DNA of 60,095 bases. It comes from Paraglomus brasilianum (lineage: Eukaryota). This document shows, piece by piece, positions 25,101 to 40,199 of this stretch (positions are counted from its first letter, which is position 1; every line of letters begins with the position of its first letter). Below the pieces are notes generated by a model that ran no database searches, was not told the DNA's origin, and saw only the letters and a list, made by a program, of their open reading frames with translations. Location of the stretch: the NCBI GenBank assembly GCA_910592345.1, contig CAJVPI010000077.1, positions 1-60,095 of the forward strand. Direction: 5' to 3'. Position numbers and translations under genes: made by a program.

Positions 25101-26588
25101 TACTCATCAAAGGGTTTCCTGTCGTGTCAGCCCAGATAGCTTGTACAGAGTCTGGTTCTGGCATAATCTAACCGCCCAGTTAATAATAATAACAAGTTGA
25201 ATGTGGCTTTCGTACATTTGTTTACCATTCAGTTATGCTCGTGCTAAGACCAATCCGATGTCAGGGGTAATCCGTCAGATGGTACGTATCTGTTATTGAT
25301 AGCACGCAAGGCGCTTGCTGAACCGAGTGGTGAGAGAAACAACAATAATATAACAATAACAAACAAAGCATCACATTGGATGACTACGTATACGTAATAG
25401 TACCGCTCACCTGCCCTGTTTAGCGTAATGATCTGTCCTACTTGCGCTAACAACTTTTGTTAAACAGAGTTATTATGTAAGATTTTTACGAACCTGATCT
25501 GCGTCGAGTATGTAATTAATATTAATCTAACACGTCATCTATCTTCTTCTTTAAGCTTAAGTTGGTTGTCGTAATAATAACAATCATAATAATAGTGATC
25601 CTTTTTGTATTATGTATGAAAAGACAATCCAAAAATTGGTCGTATTATTATTATATTAGCCAAAGATCATGTTACAGTAATATGAAGCATATCTTTGGAA
25701 GACCACCAAGTTCCGAGAATATTACCACGTTCAAAGTCGCGACTCGTTCGTATCATTATGATGTAAATGTCTTAATGTTTGCAGTCTTTTACGATACTAG
25801 TTTTAGAATACATTTAAATAAACCTTCCAATCAGTCCCATAGCACGACTTTCTTGGATACTAAACAGAATGCATGGAATTAATATAAGAGAAAACTGACG
25901 TCATTCTGACCGGCCGGATTGTACGAGTGCATCCCTTTCTAAAAACCAGATACCGCTTTTCGACATTATCTTTTGATACGTAATATTATGGCGTAACTAA
26001 TTAGGCTTGAGAAAGTCAAACCTTGCTCTTACAATAAACCGTAACTTTCTCCCTTGGGATTTGGAGGGAGATAAGCACCGATTGGCATGACAGGCAGATA
26101 ATTACTGAATGCGCAGTGTTTCCTGTGTTTGCTGTGTTTGATGAAAACCGTTGAAAATCGGTACCATTGTGAGGTAATCGATAATTTATTAGCTCAAGCA
26201 TAGTCTATAGGATAGAATTCACGAAAACCCACCAGGCCAGGACCAAACATTAAGTCTCTATTAAGAATAGCCGGATACATAGTAAATATTTTATAATGAA
26301 TACTATCTAGTTGATAAAAGTAACGTAATATCTAAGAGTCGGAGCATCATCCCGAAAACTGCCTACTAGAGATTGGTTCATTCCGTGCCATTATCAACTT
26401 CATTTTGTCCATTATGCCACAGTACCAGACCAAACCATTGACGCTGAATAAATTCCTTGAATGATAATAACCACTGTTCAGAACGAGATGATTGAGGCAT
26501 CTTTGATTCCAGAATCTCAATCTATTTTGATCAGATGGCATGATTATCAGAACGATTATAGCAGATGAGAAACGCCCTCCCCCTACAA

Positions 26589-29574
26589 TCAACAATCCCC
26601 CCTCTCCTCTTCCGTAATACTTACATTCAAACAGTATGTAACAATAAACTCTTCAATTTCATTTAATTTGAAATCAAGCGTCTCGTCCTTGTAACTTATA
26701 TTTGACTTGCTAGAATTGACGCGTGATTTTACCGACATGGCCACCGACTTTTGCTTTTCCAGAATGGCGTACGCACTTTGTTCAGTCATCTATGATTAAC
26801 AATTTTGTTTTGTTTTTTTTCGATTAATCGCGGATAGATTCCCAGTCTTTAGATTAAACCCAACTAACTACTCACCTTGTACTCTTTCTGCTTTATCTCA
26901 TAAGCGTCAGCCAGCTTTTTTATCTGTTCTTTATACATCTCGGCAACCTCCTCCAACTTGCTCTTTAAACTCTTTAATTCTACTTCTCTTTGTTCTAGAC
27001 TATCATAGAGCTCGTATGTTTTAATGTCGACGACAACCGGCTTTATATGTAAAAGTTCATCCTTTGCACGCATGTCAGCAAATGATTTTACTTTTCGCAA
27101 CGTCTTTTTTTGTGATGGTGTTTCGATGCTGAATGAATGACGACGTTGTAAAACGTTGCCAGAGACCTCATCACGAGTATGGACAGAAGATTTAGGAAAG
27201 ACGGAAACGGAATCGGCATCGACTTTATCGTCTATGTGTGGGACACGTGTCGAAGGAAAGTTTTGAAAATGTTTCACCCTTTTGCGGTGCTTTGGCTTTG
27301 ATGATGGACTATGGGTGTTGGACATGGACAGTGGCAAAACATGTCAGAATTGTGGGGATAAAACGTAAGATTGATAGATAAATGAATTGACATACTTTAA
27401 TAATCGGCCGGAACTAAATTCTGGTAGAAAAGAAGGCGATTTGGGCATCCCGGGCCAACGTCTTAAATCTCTTTCTATCGGTATTTTATCGACTAAATTT
27501 GATAGTGATCTTTAAAGACAAAAAATTAATCATTTGTAATTTTAATATTTGCGTCAACACAATTCAATCTTACCCAGTAACACCGTCCTTGAAACCTCGA
27601 ATTACGTCTCCTGTCTTGGCCTATTAACAAATATCTTTAGAAGTTTGACTCTGTGACAGATTGATATACTTGAAATGACCAAATTACCGTGCGTCCCGAC
27701 ACCCCTCGAAGAATGCTTTTGCCAAGTTCTTTTCCCTCATGAAACCAATCGTCAGCCTGTTGTGATTGCTTTACTCTGCCTCTCCATAGATATTCCAGTC
27801 GTTCAATGTGAACTTGCCTAGCAAATTCATCAATGTCTGTAGTGAATACGTCCACTTGCTGGTTTAAGAGACCTAAAATAAAAGTTTCCATAAGAGCTTG
27901 AAAAGAATAGGTGCGCATTCAACAGACATTATAAACCTGGTTCTAATTTTGATTTCAACACCTGGTTGTTTAAATTGAAAAATTTTTTTTAGTACAAATC
28001 CATAGACTATAATGCCGAACGCAACAACATTATTATACCTTGTGAACCTTTAGAGCATCGGGAAATCGCTCTTTTTCAGAGATCTTGGAAATTTCGTTAA
28101 GCGTATACGTATCCAAAAAGCGCGTTATGCAAATCTTTGCTGATTTCTTGCAAGGGCATATCAAGGGATCTGTCAGAAAATGTCATCAGTCATGTTTAAA
28201 GCTTTGCAGAAATAATACCTGAAATAATTCTATTGCTGTTATCAAGTTGTCTGGTTCAGAAAAGGGATCCTTGGCTACCTAAATAAGAAAAAAAGTTCAA
28301 GTTTTGCGTGTAAACAAGACGAAAGAAAAATACTTTTATGCATTTACCTGATATCCTAATGAATTCAATTTGTTTCTAATAATTATGACCAGACTTAATA
28401 ATCCAGCGACGAGATTAGGATCAAGTATGTTTGGATTCAATGCGTTATCTCTAATCTAGTGAGATAGAGATTCGTATATGTGTGTAATTAACTTTTCTCG
28501 TAATTAATTTCTTGAATGCTTTTCAGAATATTCTCGAACCTGTAAAATATGAGCAAATTTCGTTTTAAAAGTGGCAAGTGCATTTTGGGTGGTATCACAT
28601 AGCAAACCGTCGAGGTGCTGTTTAGGAAATAAACCAAAGAAAAGTAGAGCAGTCTGCACAAGCGTGACCAATTCTAGAACAGCGCCTTCAAAGGTAATCT
28701 GCTCTGATTTTTTAATCTGATAAAGTTGGATGAACTTGTTTTGTTGTACATCACTAATAACAAAATCAATATAAAAAACCACCACCACATCATCACCACA
28801 TCACCACCAAAAAAATAATTAATCATAAAAATTATATAACAAAGGGTATCACTGATTTGTCGAAACAACTTACGTCGGTTTCTTCAACAACATCGCACCT
28901 CGCCCGCTGCACCCGACTTTTCTCAAATTCAGATTTACATAAAAGTACATTTTCTGTCCCTCGAAATCACCATCAGGGACAAGCACGGTATTCAAGGCCG
29001 GTGGAAATGTGTTTAGATTGGTAACCATTATTGTTCCTAGTTCGGTCTTGGAAGAAATATAATAAATTGTTCTGAAAATGCGAACGGATCCCGGAAAGAT
29101 GATTTCATAATTGCATTCTTACATTCTTGGGTCTTGCCAAGTCGGTTTTAAGGCTCTCGAAAAGCCTCTCCAATTCTCTATCATATGAATTTGGTGTGTC
29201 TTCGGGGACGCTGAGAATCCATGCCTTGGCCTTGTGTACAATAAATAGTTCATCATCAACCACGATTGACGGCAGAAAGATACATTCCCATCATAGATTA
29301 TATAATTGTCATTACTTTGTGTGATGTATCACCTGTGAACACGGTAACGGTGTTGTATGGTCTCTTCCTGTCAGATACCCTATTGCGACGTGTAAAAAAG
29401 TGATTACGATTTATCCTCTGCTGATAAAAAGCCTTAAATATCGGGGCCGTACCATTGCTCGACTATGTAAACCTGGTATCCTTCTAATAGCCGTTCAGAT
29501 TCTCTAATGTTCAAATCACTGGCCAAGTTCTTGAGGCCTTCATATTCGCAAAAGACATAGTCCTTGACAACCAT
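26589..29574 (-). CDS. STB2/STB6-like (Sin3-binding) protein, multi-exon
   Basis: MVVKDYVF...LLEGYQVYIVEQW..SDRKRP...TELGTIMVTNLNTFPPALNTVLVPDGDF...ELVTLVQTALLFFGL...DGLLCDTTQ and a C-terminal coiled coil ending FKLNEIEEF. Confidence 0.85.
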
Positions 29575-30424
29575 GGAGGCTTGAGAAAATTCGATTTTCC
29601 ATGCCCTGGAACTGGTAGTGGTATAATAGCTTTTGCTAATCGATTATTACCTATTTAGTACTAAGCACAAATTGCCAATCGGGCTAAAAACTTTAACCCC
29701 TAATACTAACGTTACACTACGATTTATCTGCAACACAATGAACTTAATTGACGTAATAATTTCCTAATTTGGTAAGATTTTAAGGAATAACCAGAAGATC
29801 CGATCATGTAATACAGATTTGGAATAAGAATGTTATTTACGTGCACACAGCGAATTCTTAACATGTATTTTTTGTAAACAATTACTTTAAGCGGTTAATT
29901 CACTGGTACGATTAACAAAGAGTTGCGCGCATTTCATTCTTTTGACCGACCGCTTGTATCTTTCCCGGTTACAAGTTTTTTAATTGAATTTAAAAAATTA
30001 TGTGTATTAAACTTCGAATTATCATCTCCATGTTATTATCATCAGTCCTTCGTTTCAGCGGTATTAATATTAATTATCGTAAACACTAACAGCCTTTGAA
30101 CGATGCCGCTAGACATCGGATTACCTTTTACTGCAAAATTTATAAGGCGTTCCCAAAAGCAAAACGCACTCTATTCCTTGTCAAAGTGTGCATGAACAAT
30201 TATCAGCACACGCACACTATTAACAATACCGTATTACCCTACTGTTTGTCAAAGTTTCTATAAAATCCGCTTTATAATGTACTAACAATCACAAATGACA
30301 ATCAAGTAAGAATAGTAAATGACAAACACAATAAAAATAACAATGACAACCGCATTAAGAATAGCAATGACAATGACATTAGTAAAATACATGTCCTAGA
30401 CTCTATTTTCGCGACTTGACTTTA

Positions 30425-33358
30425 TTAATGAAAGGGTCCTATTTCATGGCACTCCCGTGCTATGTGTCCGGGCTGACAAATGCAAAACAAGATATATCAG
30501 AAAAAAAAACGCAAGATCAATCAACAATAACCTGAACTCACCTTCCCACATCGGAAACATCCCGCTGGTTTCTTGTCTTTAGGGCCAATCTCATTACGCT
30601 GATAAGTATAGCTTTTCTGCTTACGGTATTGATCAAAGATATCATTGTCGTCTCCCTGAAGACCAACTCCGAGATATTTCTGTTCGCCATATCTGACTTC
30701 GCCGCCTTTAATGGGCTCTACTATCCCACCAGAAGAAGACCCAAGTCCAGTACCAGTACCTCCCCAACCTACAAGATTGTGTGAATTAAAAGATACTATC
30801 AAACAACATACAAAAAGCATTCATCAACGTACCAAGTTTCTTTAGCATTTGGAATCCAACATTTTTGTCAGATATCATCTTATCCGATCGTGCTCCTTCT
30901 TCTGGTGTCGCATAAAATCCTAGACCACTCGCTTGCTTAACGGGCGACCGTGATCGAGACCGACTGTAAGACCTACTACGATAGCGCCTTCGGGGTGATG
31001 ATCGATAGTCACGCGAAAGACGCCGCTCACGACTGTAACTTCTACTCCGACTCTTTCCAAACGATCGCGACCTCGACCTGGATCTCGACCTCGAATCAGA
31101 TATGGATCTAGATCGAGAGCTGGAAACTGCTCTTGTTCGTGACCTAGAGCGAGAAAAGTACTTTCTCGAACGCGACCTAGAAGATCTTGATCTCGACTTT
31201 GACGGCAGCGGCGAACGATGTCTTTTCGATCTCTGTAGCGACCGTCCTCGACTTCCGTAACGATCTCTCGAACTGGAATCTGATCTGCTCCTACTCTGAC
31301 TTCTACTCCGACTACTACTTCTATAACGTCCGCGTTCTTTTGACAGACTTCGGCTCCTGGAAGAGTCCGAATAGCTGTGCCTCCGACGTCGCCCGGAACG
31401 AGACTGCGAGCGGGAAGAGGACCTTGATCGTGACGACCGTGATCTACTGTAACTCCGTTCACGAGACCGCCGTTTACCGTGACCGTCGCGGTTGTGTCGA
31501 TATGAGGAATGACGAGTTTTTTCGGCTGTTGCTCTTGCTTCTTCTCGTGCTTTTGCCGCCTCGGCCCTTCGGGCTTCAATGGATTTGTAGTGATCATCGA
31601 GAAAACCAATTTCCCAGCCGTCTTTATCAAGTTCGGTCTTTGGGTTATCTGTTCCAGACATGGCATCATCACTTTTAACATCTTTGGTAGTACTTTCGAT
31701 CTGTTGAATACCTTCGTAAAATTTATCCACTGCCTCTAGTAGTTCTGGAGTTGGTTGTGGTCGATGAGGTGGAATGCGAACATCCGCTGCGCGAATAGTA
31801 GTATAAGGAGCATTCTCGGGCTGAGAGCGTCAGGCAATTATGCGTAAGTAAGGGAATAATAATTTCATGGTGTGTTTGGTTGTACGGAGCTTTCTTACCG
31901 AAGTCAGAGGGACCATAAGTCCTGCCGGCAGTTCGTGATACTTTTTCTCGGGTGCTGGAGGCGGTAAAGGTGCAGTAACAGGCGGCCGTGGAATTATTCC
32001 TTGTATTGGCATTGGTGGCGAATGATTTGGGGGAAACTGTGTGGGTATTCCAGGAGGACCAGGATCCGAAAGATTTCTCAGCGGGGTTGCTACGGATGTA
32101 GGGATATGTGGTACAGACTGAGGCATCGGTTGCGGTGGACCATGAAATATTGCGGGAGGGGGATGGTTCGGTCCATAATAGGGCGGTACAGTAGGTTGGT
32201 TCGGATAGTGCACTGGAGGAAATGCGTGTGGATTGGTCGGGTGTATTGGCGGTGGAGCGAGAATGCCCTCTCTGAGGGAAATGATTTTCGCTTCGTCAAA
32301 GTATCGTTTGTCTCCCCATATAGATATTACCTAAGATTAATAAGTGAACCAGTTAAATTCAGATCATCTTTCATATTGCAGTCTGTAGTACATGACTTAC
32401 CTTTAAGACTTTATCTCGTTGGACATCTTTATTATCCTTAAAATGATAAGCAGAACGAAGCAAAGGAAGAATATGCGGGTATACAGCGTCTTTGATCCAA
32501 AATTCTTGGCGGCGCTCACTACGCTTGACATATTCGAATCAATTTTCAATGCTTCACATATGGGGATTGCAAATAATACTCGCAAACAAGATACCTGTGA
32601 AATAAGATATCGTTCATCAAATAGATTAAATGCAAATTGTCCTCAAACATGGTCCGCGTCTTCGCCAGAGCGTTCAGGAAGCGAGCGAGCATGTCGAAAT
32701 GGGTGGGCGCAGAACAGTGATCGAAAATCCATGTTTTACCTCCCTATTACTCGGCATGGAACGAGCTCAATTTAATCATAGGAAAAATCAAACTAGCGGC
32801 GGCTAAGTAATTTTTCTTGTCGAAATTTTCCAGATAGCCTCACCTGCATATTACTTTGTGAACAATCGCGCATGAGCATGTCGAGATAAATAAGAAAATT
32901 GTCCACATCAGCAGGCCCAGCAGAGCCTCTCAAAGCCATCACAAAGTTGTTAAACTCCAAGGAGGCATCGCCGACAGCAGTTGATAATGGGATTATATGC
33001 GGAGGTCTTTGATATGGAGCGGGAAGATATTGATTAGAGGGTGGAACTGGAGGAGGGTGACCAGGGTATGTTGTGTATGGCGGTTGTGGCGACGGGTATT
33101 GACCTAATTCGCGAGTAAAAGGTTACAAGTTCAAGAATTAAGATCACCGACCACAATTTCAATATTTATGTACATTTATCCCATGTTTATATGGTAGTAG
33201 TTCAATAGATTAAGTTTATTAAAGATCGTATACACCTTGGACATTATAAAGTTACATTGCTGAAAGGGTCAACTGCTCCATTTAATCAACTGACAGGCTA
33301 ACCAACTTGCAATCTACTCTTATGTTGGCATCTTACCTGGTGACAACCACTGAGACAT
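30425..33358 (-). CDS. CHERP: CHERP/SCAF6-like splicing factor (CID-like region, Pro-rich, RS domain, G-patch, CCHC knuckle)
   Basis: YHELPAGLMVPL, PTPELLEAVDKFY, long RS tract, NVGFQMLKKLGWGG G-patch, DIFDQYRKQKSY, CFRCGKPGHIAREC. First exon MSQWLSP at 33337-33358 is inferred. Confidence 0.85.
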
Positions 33359-33961
33359 TGTTGACAAGAAAGCAATTGCACAAGCCACTGATTAATTCCT
33401 CAATTTAATGTGACACGAACATTTCCCATTTTTGGTAAGGCGAGATTAATAATCAATCATAACAATAACTATAACTGTAGATGACTGTGCACGTGTCCAT
33501 CTTTTATGAATATGAAAGCGTGTTTCGTATGTAAGCGTGTTTGTGTATTATTAATAGTTCATCTAAAATAGCCCTCCATCCGCCCTCGATCTGGAACTTT
33601 TTTTAAAATCACAAAATAAATTGTTAATTAGTTTCTTTTATTCGGACGTTGACTTTTTCAACATAAATTTTGATTTGCAAAAGACCGCCTCTCATAAACG
33701 TAGGAATGGGAATAGTCCTTCCAGAACACTAACTGTATTGAGATCATGAGAAATAGTAATGTGAATTTAATTCACATTATTTGCAAGTAATTGCATATTC
33801 TCAAAAATGAGTGACCAGGAAAAGTTGCTTAAGAATTTGCGATGAGTTTAGGAGAATGCTAGCAGGGAATTCTAACAACCCAAAGCGACGTAATTGCCGG
33901 GAAGTTATGTCTTCAATTTCAGGTGTTGGTAGATGAATTTAAAAGACTAAAACAAACAACA

Positions 33962-34022
33962 AGCAGCAGTAGTAGTAGTAGCAGCAGCAGTAGCAGTAGC
34001 AGTAGCAGTAGCAGCAGTAAGC
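33962..34022. repeat. (AGC/AGT)n microsatellite between divergent CHERP and RAB2
   Basis: About 20 AGC/AGT triplets. Confidence 0.9.
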
Positions 34023-34507
34023 AACACAACAATAACAATAAACAACAAGAAATTATTATCATTACTTTATTCTTCTGTTTAATATTCAAACAATTGACAG
34101 TTACACACTACTCTACAAAACGGGGTCTGAAGTGTTTGTTTCTTTTATGGAGAGACAGCAAACAACGGTACGTCTTATTACGTAAGAATGACAACGTTTA
34201 CCCTCCCGATAAAATAGCGAATGGTTATTAATTAAACTCGGGCTTTGTACGTGTAGCGAATCAAAGATCTCGCTGCTAGTTATAAAAAATCACGTAAGAT
34301 AGACTATCAAGTTACACACCATTCTTGACAAACCCTTAAAAGTCGACCATTTGCCTTAAGATATAGATTAGACACTTTCCTTCAAATTTAGACTTTCCCA
34401 CCTCAACTATCGCCACTCTTTCGTTTGATTTTAGTAAATTGCGTAAGATAATATTCTTTCAACTTCAAACCTTTTCTCTTGTAAACCTTTTGTAATAATC
34501 AACCGCC

Positions 34508-35922
<1,415 letters not shown>

Positions 35923-36172
35923 TTATGTGCAATCCATATCTTATTATTGACGTTTACTTCTTTGCCTCCTAATTTATTGTCGTCAATAATATATACATAA
36001 ATAAATTGTACAAGTAGATATATAAGGTAATCACGTTCAGCCAGAGATGTCTCTCTTTTATTCTTTTACTCTATAAATATTTCAATATTATTATTTGATT
36101 CAGAACGCATGTATTCTAAATTTAGACAGGTTTCAGCAATTAAAACAATATAAATCAAATTCACAACTTCGG

Positions 36173-38073
36173 ATGTCGAGAGATTTACCGAAAACCATAG
36201 TAGACTCGTGTCATGAACAGTATAGAAAAATAATAAAAAAGACGAAAGAAGAATGGACTGTCCTTGCGGGAATAGTTGCTGTTTGGGACAAAGGTTTGGC
36301 GCCGTAGACAGCCGTTTATAGACTCGCAAGAATTCTGTCTTTAATTAGCTTGTAAAAATAGGACAAGGCGGCTATGGAGTCCAATGTATTTCTCTGGGGT
36401 AAGTTGTTGTCAAGACACTGCTTGATTTTTCGTAACCCATTGCTGAATTTGACGTCATTTGAAGGGCGGGTCTCAAATGTCTCCCGCAAAGCAAGCTTAG
36501 CTACAATGGAGAATTGGTGCACGATAGCCATGCCGAAATATTGGCTCGAAGAGCATTCATAAGGTTGGTATTATATCTATTTTATTGCGATTCATGAAAT
36601 CGGATTACTTACAAGATTGCCTCATTACAAGGTTTTTGATCAATGAACTGAATCTGGCATTAACTTCCGAGTCACGATATTTCAGTCTAGACAATGAACT
36701 CAACGTATCAAATACCGAACAGGAAGATAGTCATCCCTTGTTCCGACTAGCGAGTGACAGAATCTCGTTTCATTTGTATGTGAGCCAGGCTCCTTGTGAG
36801 TATAATGTGGTGTAGTGTATGTGCACGCTTACAAGTGCTTGTTTTTTTGCCTTAATTCCATCATTGTGCATTCATCTGCTGTTCTGAACGTTCACACTTC
36901 TCGAGTGCAGGTGGTGATGCTTCAACGCTTAGTTTGGCTCAAATTCAGTCCCCAGATGACGCAAAGCTATACAAAACTGCATATATTAACGTGAAACAAA
37001 ATCGGTACTTGGCCGATAACGAGTCGGGGGCACATTCTCAAACTGCAGCGGGATCAAGCGTCCGTGTCGTAAATAGCGATGGTTTCCGTAGAGGAAGAAT
37101 TGATTATGAATCAATAGGCGTGCTAAGGACTAAACCAGGACGAGCTGATTCTGAGCCTACGCTTTCAATGTCATGTAGTGACAAAATAGCGCTATGGAAT
37201 ATCGTAGGCCTTCAGTCTGCTTTGCTTTCAGAATTAATTGCGCCCATTTATTTGTCGTCTATAGTCATCGGAGATATGTTTGATTATAGTTCGCTGGCTA
37301 GAGCCTTTTATGGGAGATGTGAAGGAGTGCAAGGTGATTATATTACCGTGCATTGACTAATCTCTTGATCTGGATTATGTGCGAAATAATAATATCCTTG
37401 ATGTAAAAGATCTTCCCCTAGGCTATTCGTTGCATAGGCCGATTATCTCGAAAACAACAAGTACCTTTGAATGGTCGCGTAGTCAATTGCAATTGAGATC
37501 GCCTGATGGTAACGCTGTTCCCTCAAGCACAAGTAAGCAAACAAACCAGTACATATGTGCGAGTGTTGTTTATTCCCCATTTGTGACGTGAATCTAGCTA
37601 TGGTTTGGGCAAAAGGCTTCACTACAGCAGAAATCCTTGTCTCTGGCCGTAAACAAGGAGCAACAAAGGGCACGAATGGAAAGTATCCCTCTAAAACAAG
37701 GTATATAGTGGCAAAGGTTGGATTTGTTTCTTACGGAGAAGCTCTCATTCTAATGTATCCGTTCTATTAGGAGTTCAGTAGCTAAACTCTGTTTGTTTCA
37801 ATGCGTGGTTGATCTTTTGCGAAAATGTCCTGTTACATCTTTGCCATCGCATTCTCTAAAGTTGAGTATATTTATGTGAAATTTGCATCAAACGATTGCT
37901 TGTTGCTCATCATAGTCTGTTCCAGATCTCTTCCATATTATAGCTTTAAAGCAGCAAGCGCAAACTATCAAAAGGCTAAACAAGAGATACGCAGACAAAA
38001 ACTCAGAAACTGGATCAAATGTCCAAATGAAATATATTTAAACTTTAATGTGGACGGTGAAATTTGTAGGTGA
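36173..38073 (+). CDS. TAD1: tRNA-specific adenosine deaminase 1 (ADAT1), multi-exon
   Basis: [61 protein letters not shown]; no dsRBD seen. Confidence 0.92.
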
Positions 38074-38239
38074 CTTTTATATTAATGGAACAAAAAAGGG
38101 TAGACGAAGAGTTAACAAAGAGTAGTCACCATTCAACACATCCAGATATTACAAACGAAATTTATATCGTACAAATAGGGATTAAATCAACACATCTAAC
38201 AGCTTCTATTTTAACAAATGTTCTATAAATATTGATTAA

Positions 38240-40199
38240 TCATGCCTTGCACCAAAGCGTTGAATCCAAGACAGCAATGGCTGCTCCAAGACACCATCCC
38301 GTCTCGATACCTTTAATCTTTTTTGCAATTTTGACTTCTCTGTCTAACGGGATCTCATAACCGAAATGTAATAATCCATAAATAAATGTCAAATCCATAC
38401 AATAATGTGGATTTTTTTGCAACTCCTTCATTGCTTCAGGCAAATGGGCGAATTTACTGACATCCCCTGCGCACACTGCATCTGTCAATTCTCGAAGTTC
38501 ACCAAGAGAGAATTCTGATGGCATACCTAACGGGTTGGCCCGATCGTAAAAGTACGAGAACGCATAGATATCATTAATTGAAAATGTCTCCCGCAAGGGT
38601 GGTTGATAGACTCCATCGAAGGCACATGGCGATAACGAACATTCTTTGTTCTTGTCAAACAAATGCTCAGTCACTGCTCTACATTGAGCATGTCCAGCAC
38701 CGGTGCCCACAACTGTCGTAGAATCATCCAAAGTAGGCAGTATATCCTTCAAAGACAATTCTTCGGTGTAATTCTTCGGAAGACAAGGATGCGGCGTCGT
38801 GTCATCTATTTCTTCAGCCTTTACGCCCAAAACTTTTTTACTTTTAATACTATGCCACATTTTTATCATTATTTCTTTTATCCGTCGTCGAGCACTCATT
38901 AGACCATAACCAAGGTAGGAATGTTGGTAGAGAACGTAAGTATGTCCACCGTATTGGAGTTCGTACCGATGTTCACCTGGTGCGACAACAAAGTCATCTG
39001 TAGAGTCCGGCTCAAAAACGATCTGAGTCGAACCGCCCCCAAGATCAAAAATTGCCGCCGTTGGTTGCTTATGGGCAGAGCCTATGCGTTGCAACAGATA
39101 ATTAACTGTTATCCAAGCGTATACACCTGGTATAAGAATTAAAAAGGATGGTTAGTGATTGGGTGGTTATCAGTATACGTTTGTCGGCATACGTTTGTTT
39201 GTCAGCATACATCAACTCTTGTTACCTACCTTCATCTTTACCATCCATAATGGCGACACCTTCATTCTCAATAATAGGAAACGGGTATTTATTTTCCAAA
39301 CGCTTCCTAACAGCCTTTAGAATATGAAGACTCTTTTTAACACCCAACAATCTCAACCCGGCGGTAGCTTTAACAGCAACCGGGGTACAGCTATGTAATT
39401 CCGCGGGAACATGTTTTAGCGCAACCGCCACTAGTTCGTCCAAGCTCTCGGCAGCACCCTCCGGATTGTCAGGATAACTCGATAAACCTGGTTCAACATG
39501 GTGAAATACTTCATCCTCCAACTGCGGGGAGTTTTTGCAATAATTGAATCGATATACATGAATCCGCGACCCGGTAGAACCAGCGTCAATCATGAGAGCG
39601 TACTGGATCAATGGACGACCAGGATATGGTTTTTTGCAATGAGATGTTTTGAGTGGCGTGGATGTGGTATCCTTATCCGTTTGGTTATCTGAATCTGAGA
39701 TTGAATTTGATATGTCGGCATCGAATAATTCTCCTAGTAGGGAACCATTGTAAAATCGGTATATGTATTGGTAATAAATAATAACGAGAAAAGAGTATTT
39801 GTTAATGCTTCCTCCTTATTACTATGCATTGTCTTGTCAGTTACATTACTGTTTGAGCGAGCCTATTTCCTGATGAAAGAACTCACCTTCAAGATCGAGA
39901 CCAAATAGTCGTTCTTTAGGCACGAGGAAAACCGCCAAACACAAGAAAAAGACAAGAAATACCATTATACGAAGCCATAGCTTCTTCCTAGGTTTGGCAT
40001 TAATGGTCATCTTGTTGTTCGAGTAGTCGCAACCTAGGGCCTCTTTGGGTATTTGGGGACTACTTTTTCGACGAGTTATAAAGGATGAGTTGTGGTCGAC
40101 TGACGTAGATTGCGAGTCGTCCTCCGAATCACTATGCGAGTCAAACCTTGTTGCTGTTTGTATCGGATTATCGAATTCTTGTATTGGATTATCGCGCAT
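38240..40199 (-). CDS. GDA1: Guanosine diphosphatase (GDA1/CD39 family), type II membrane protein
   Basis: N-terminal TM helix; YALMIDAGSTGSRIHVYRF, VKATAGLRLL, MDGKDEG, FDLGGGSTQ, GWCLGA apyrase conserved regions. Confidence 0.93.

Noticed and set aside
30920..31739. Long overlapping ORFs (253, 163 and 76 aa)
   Set aside because: Off-frame or antisense by-products of the low-complexity RS-domain exon.
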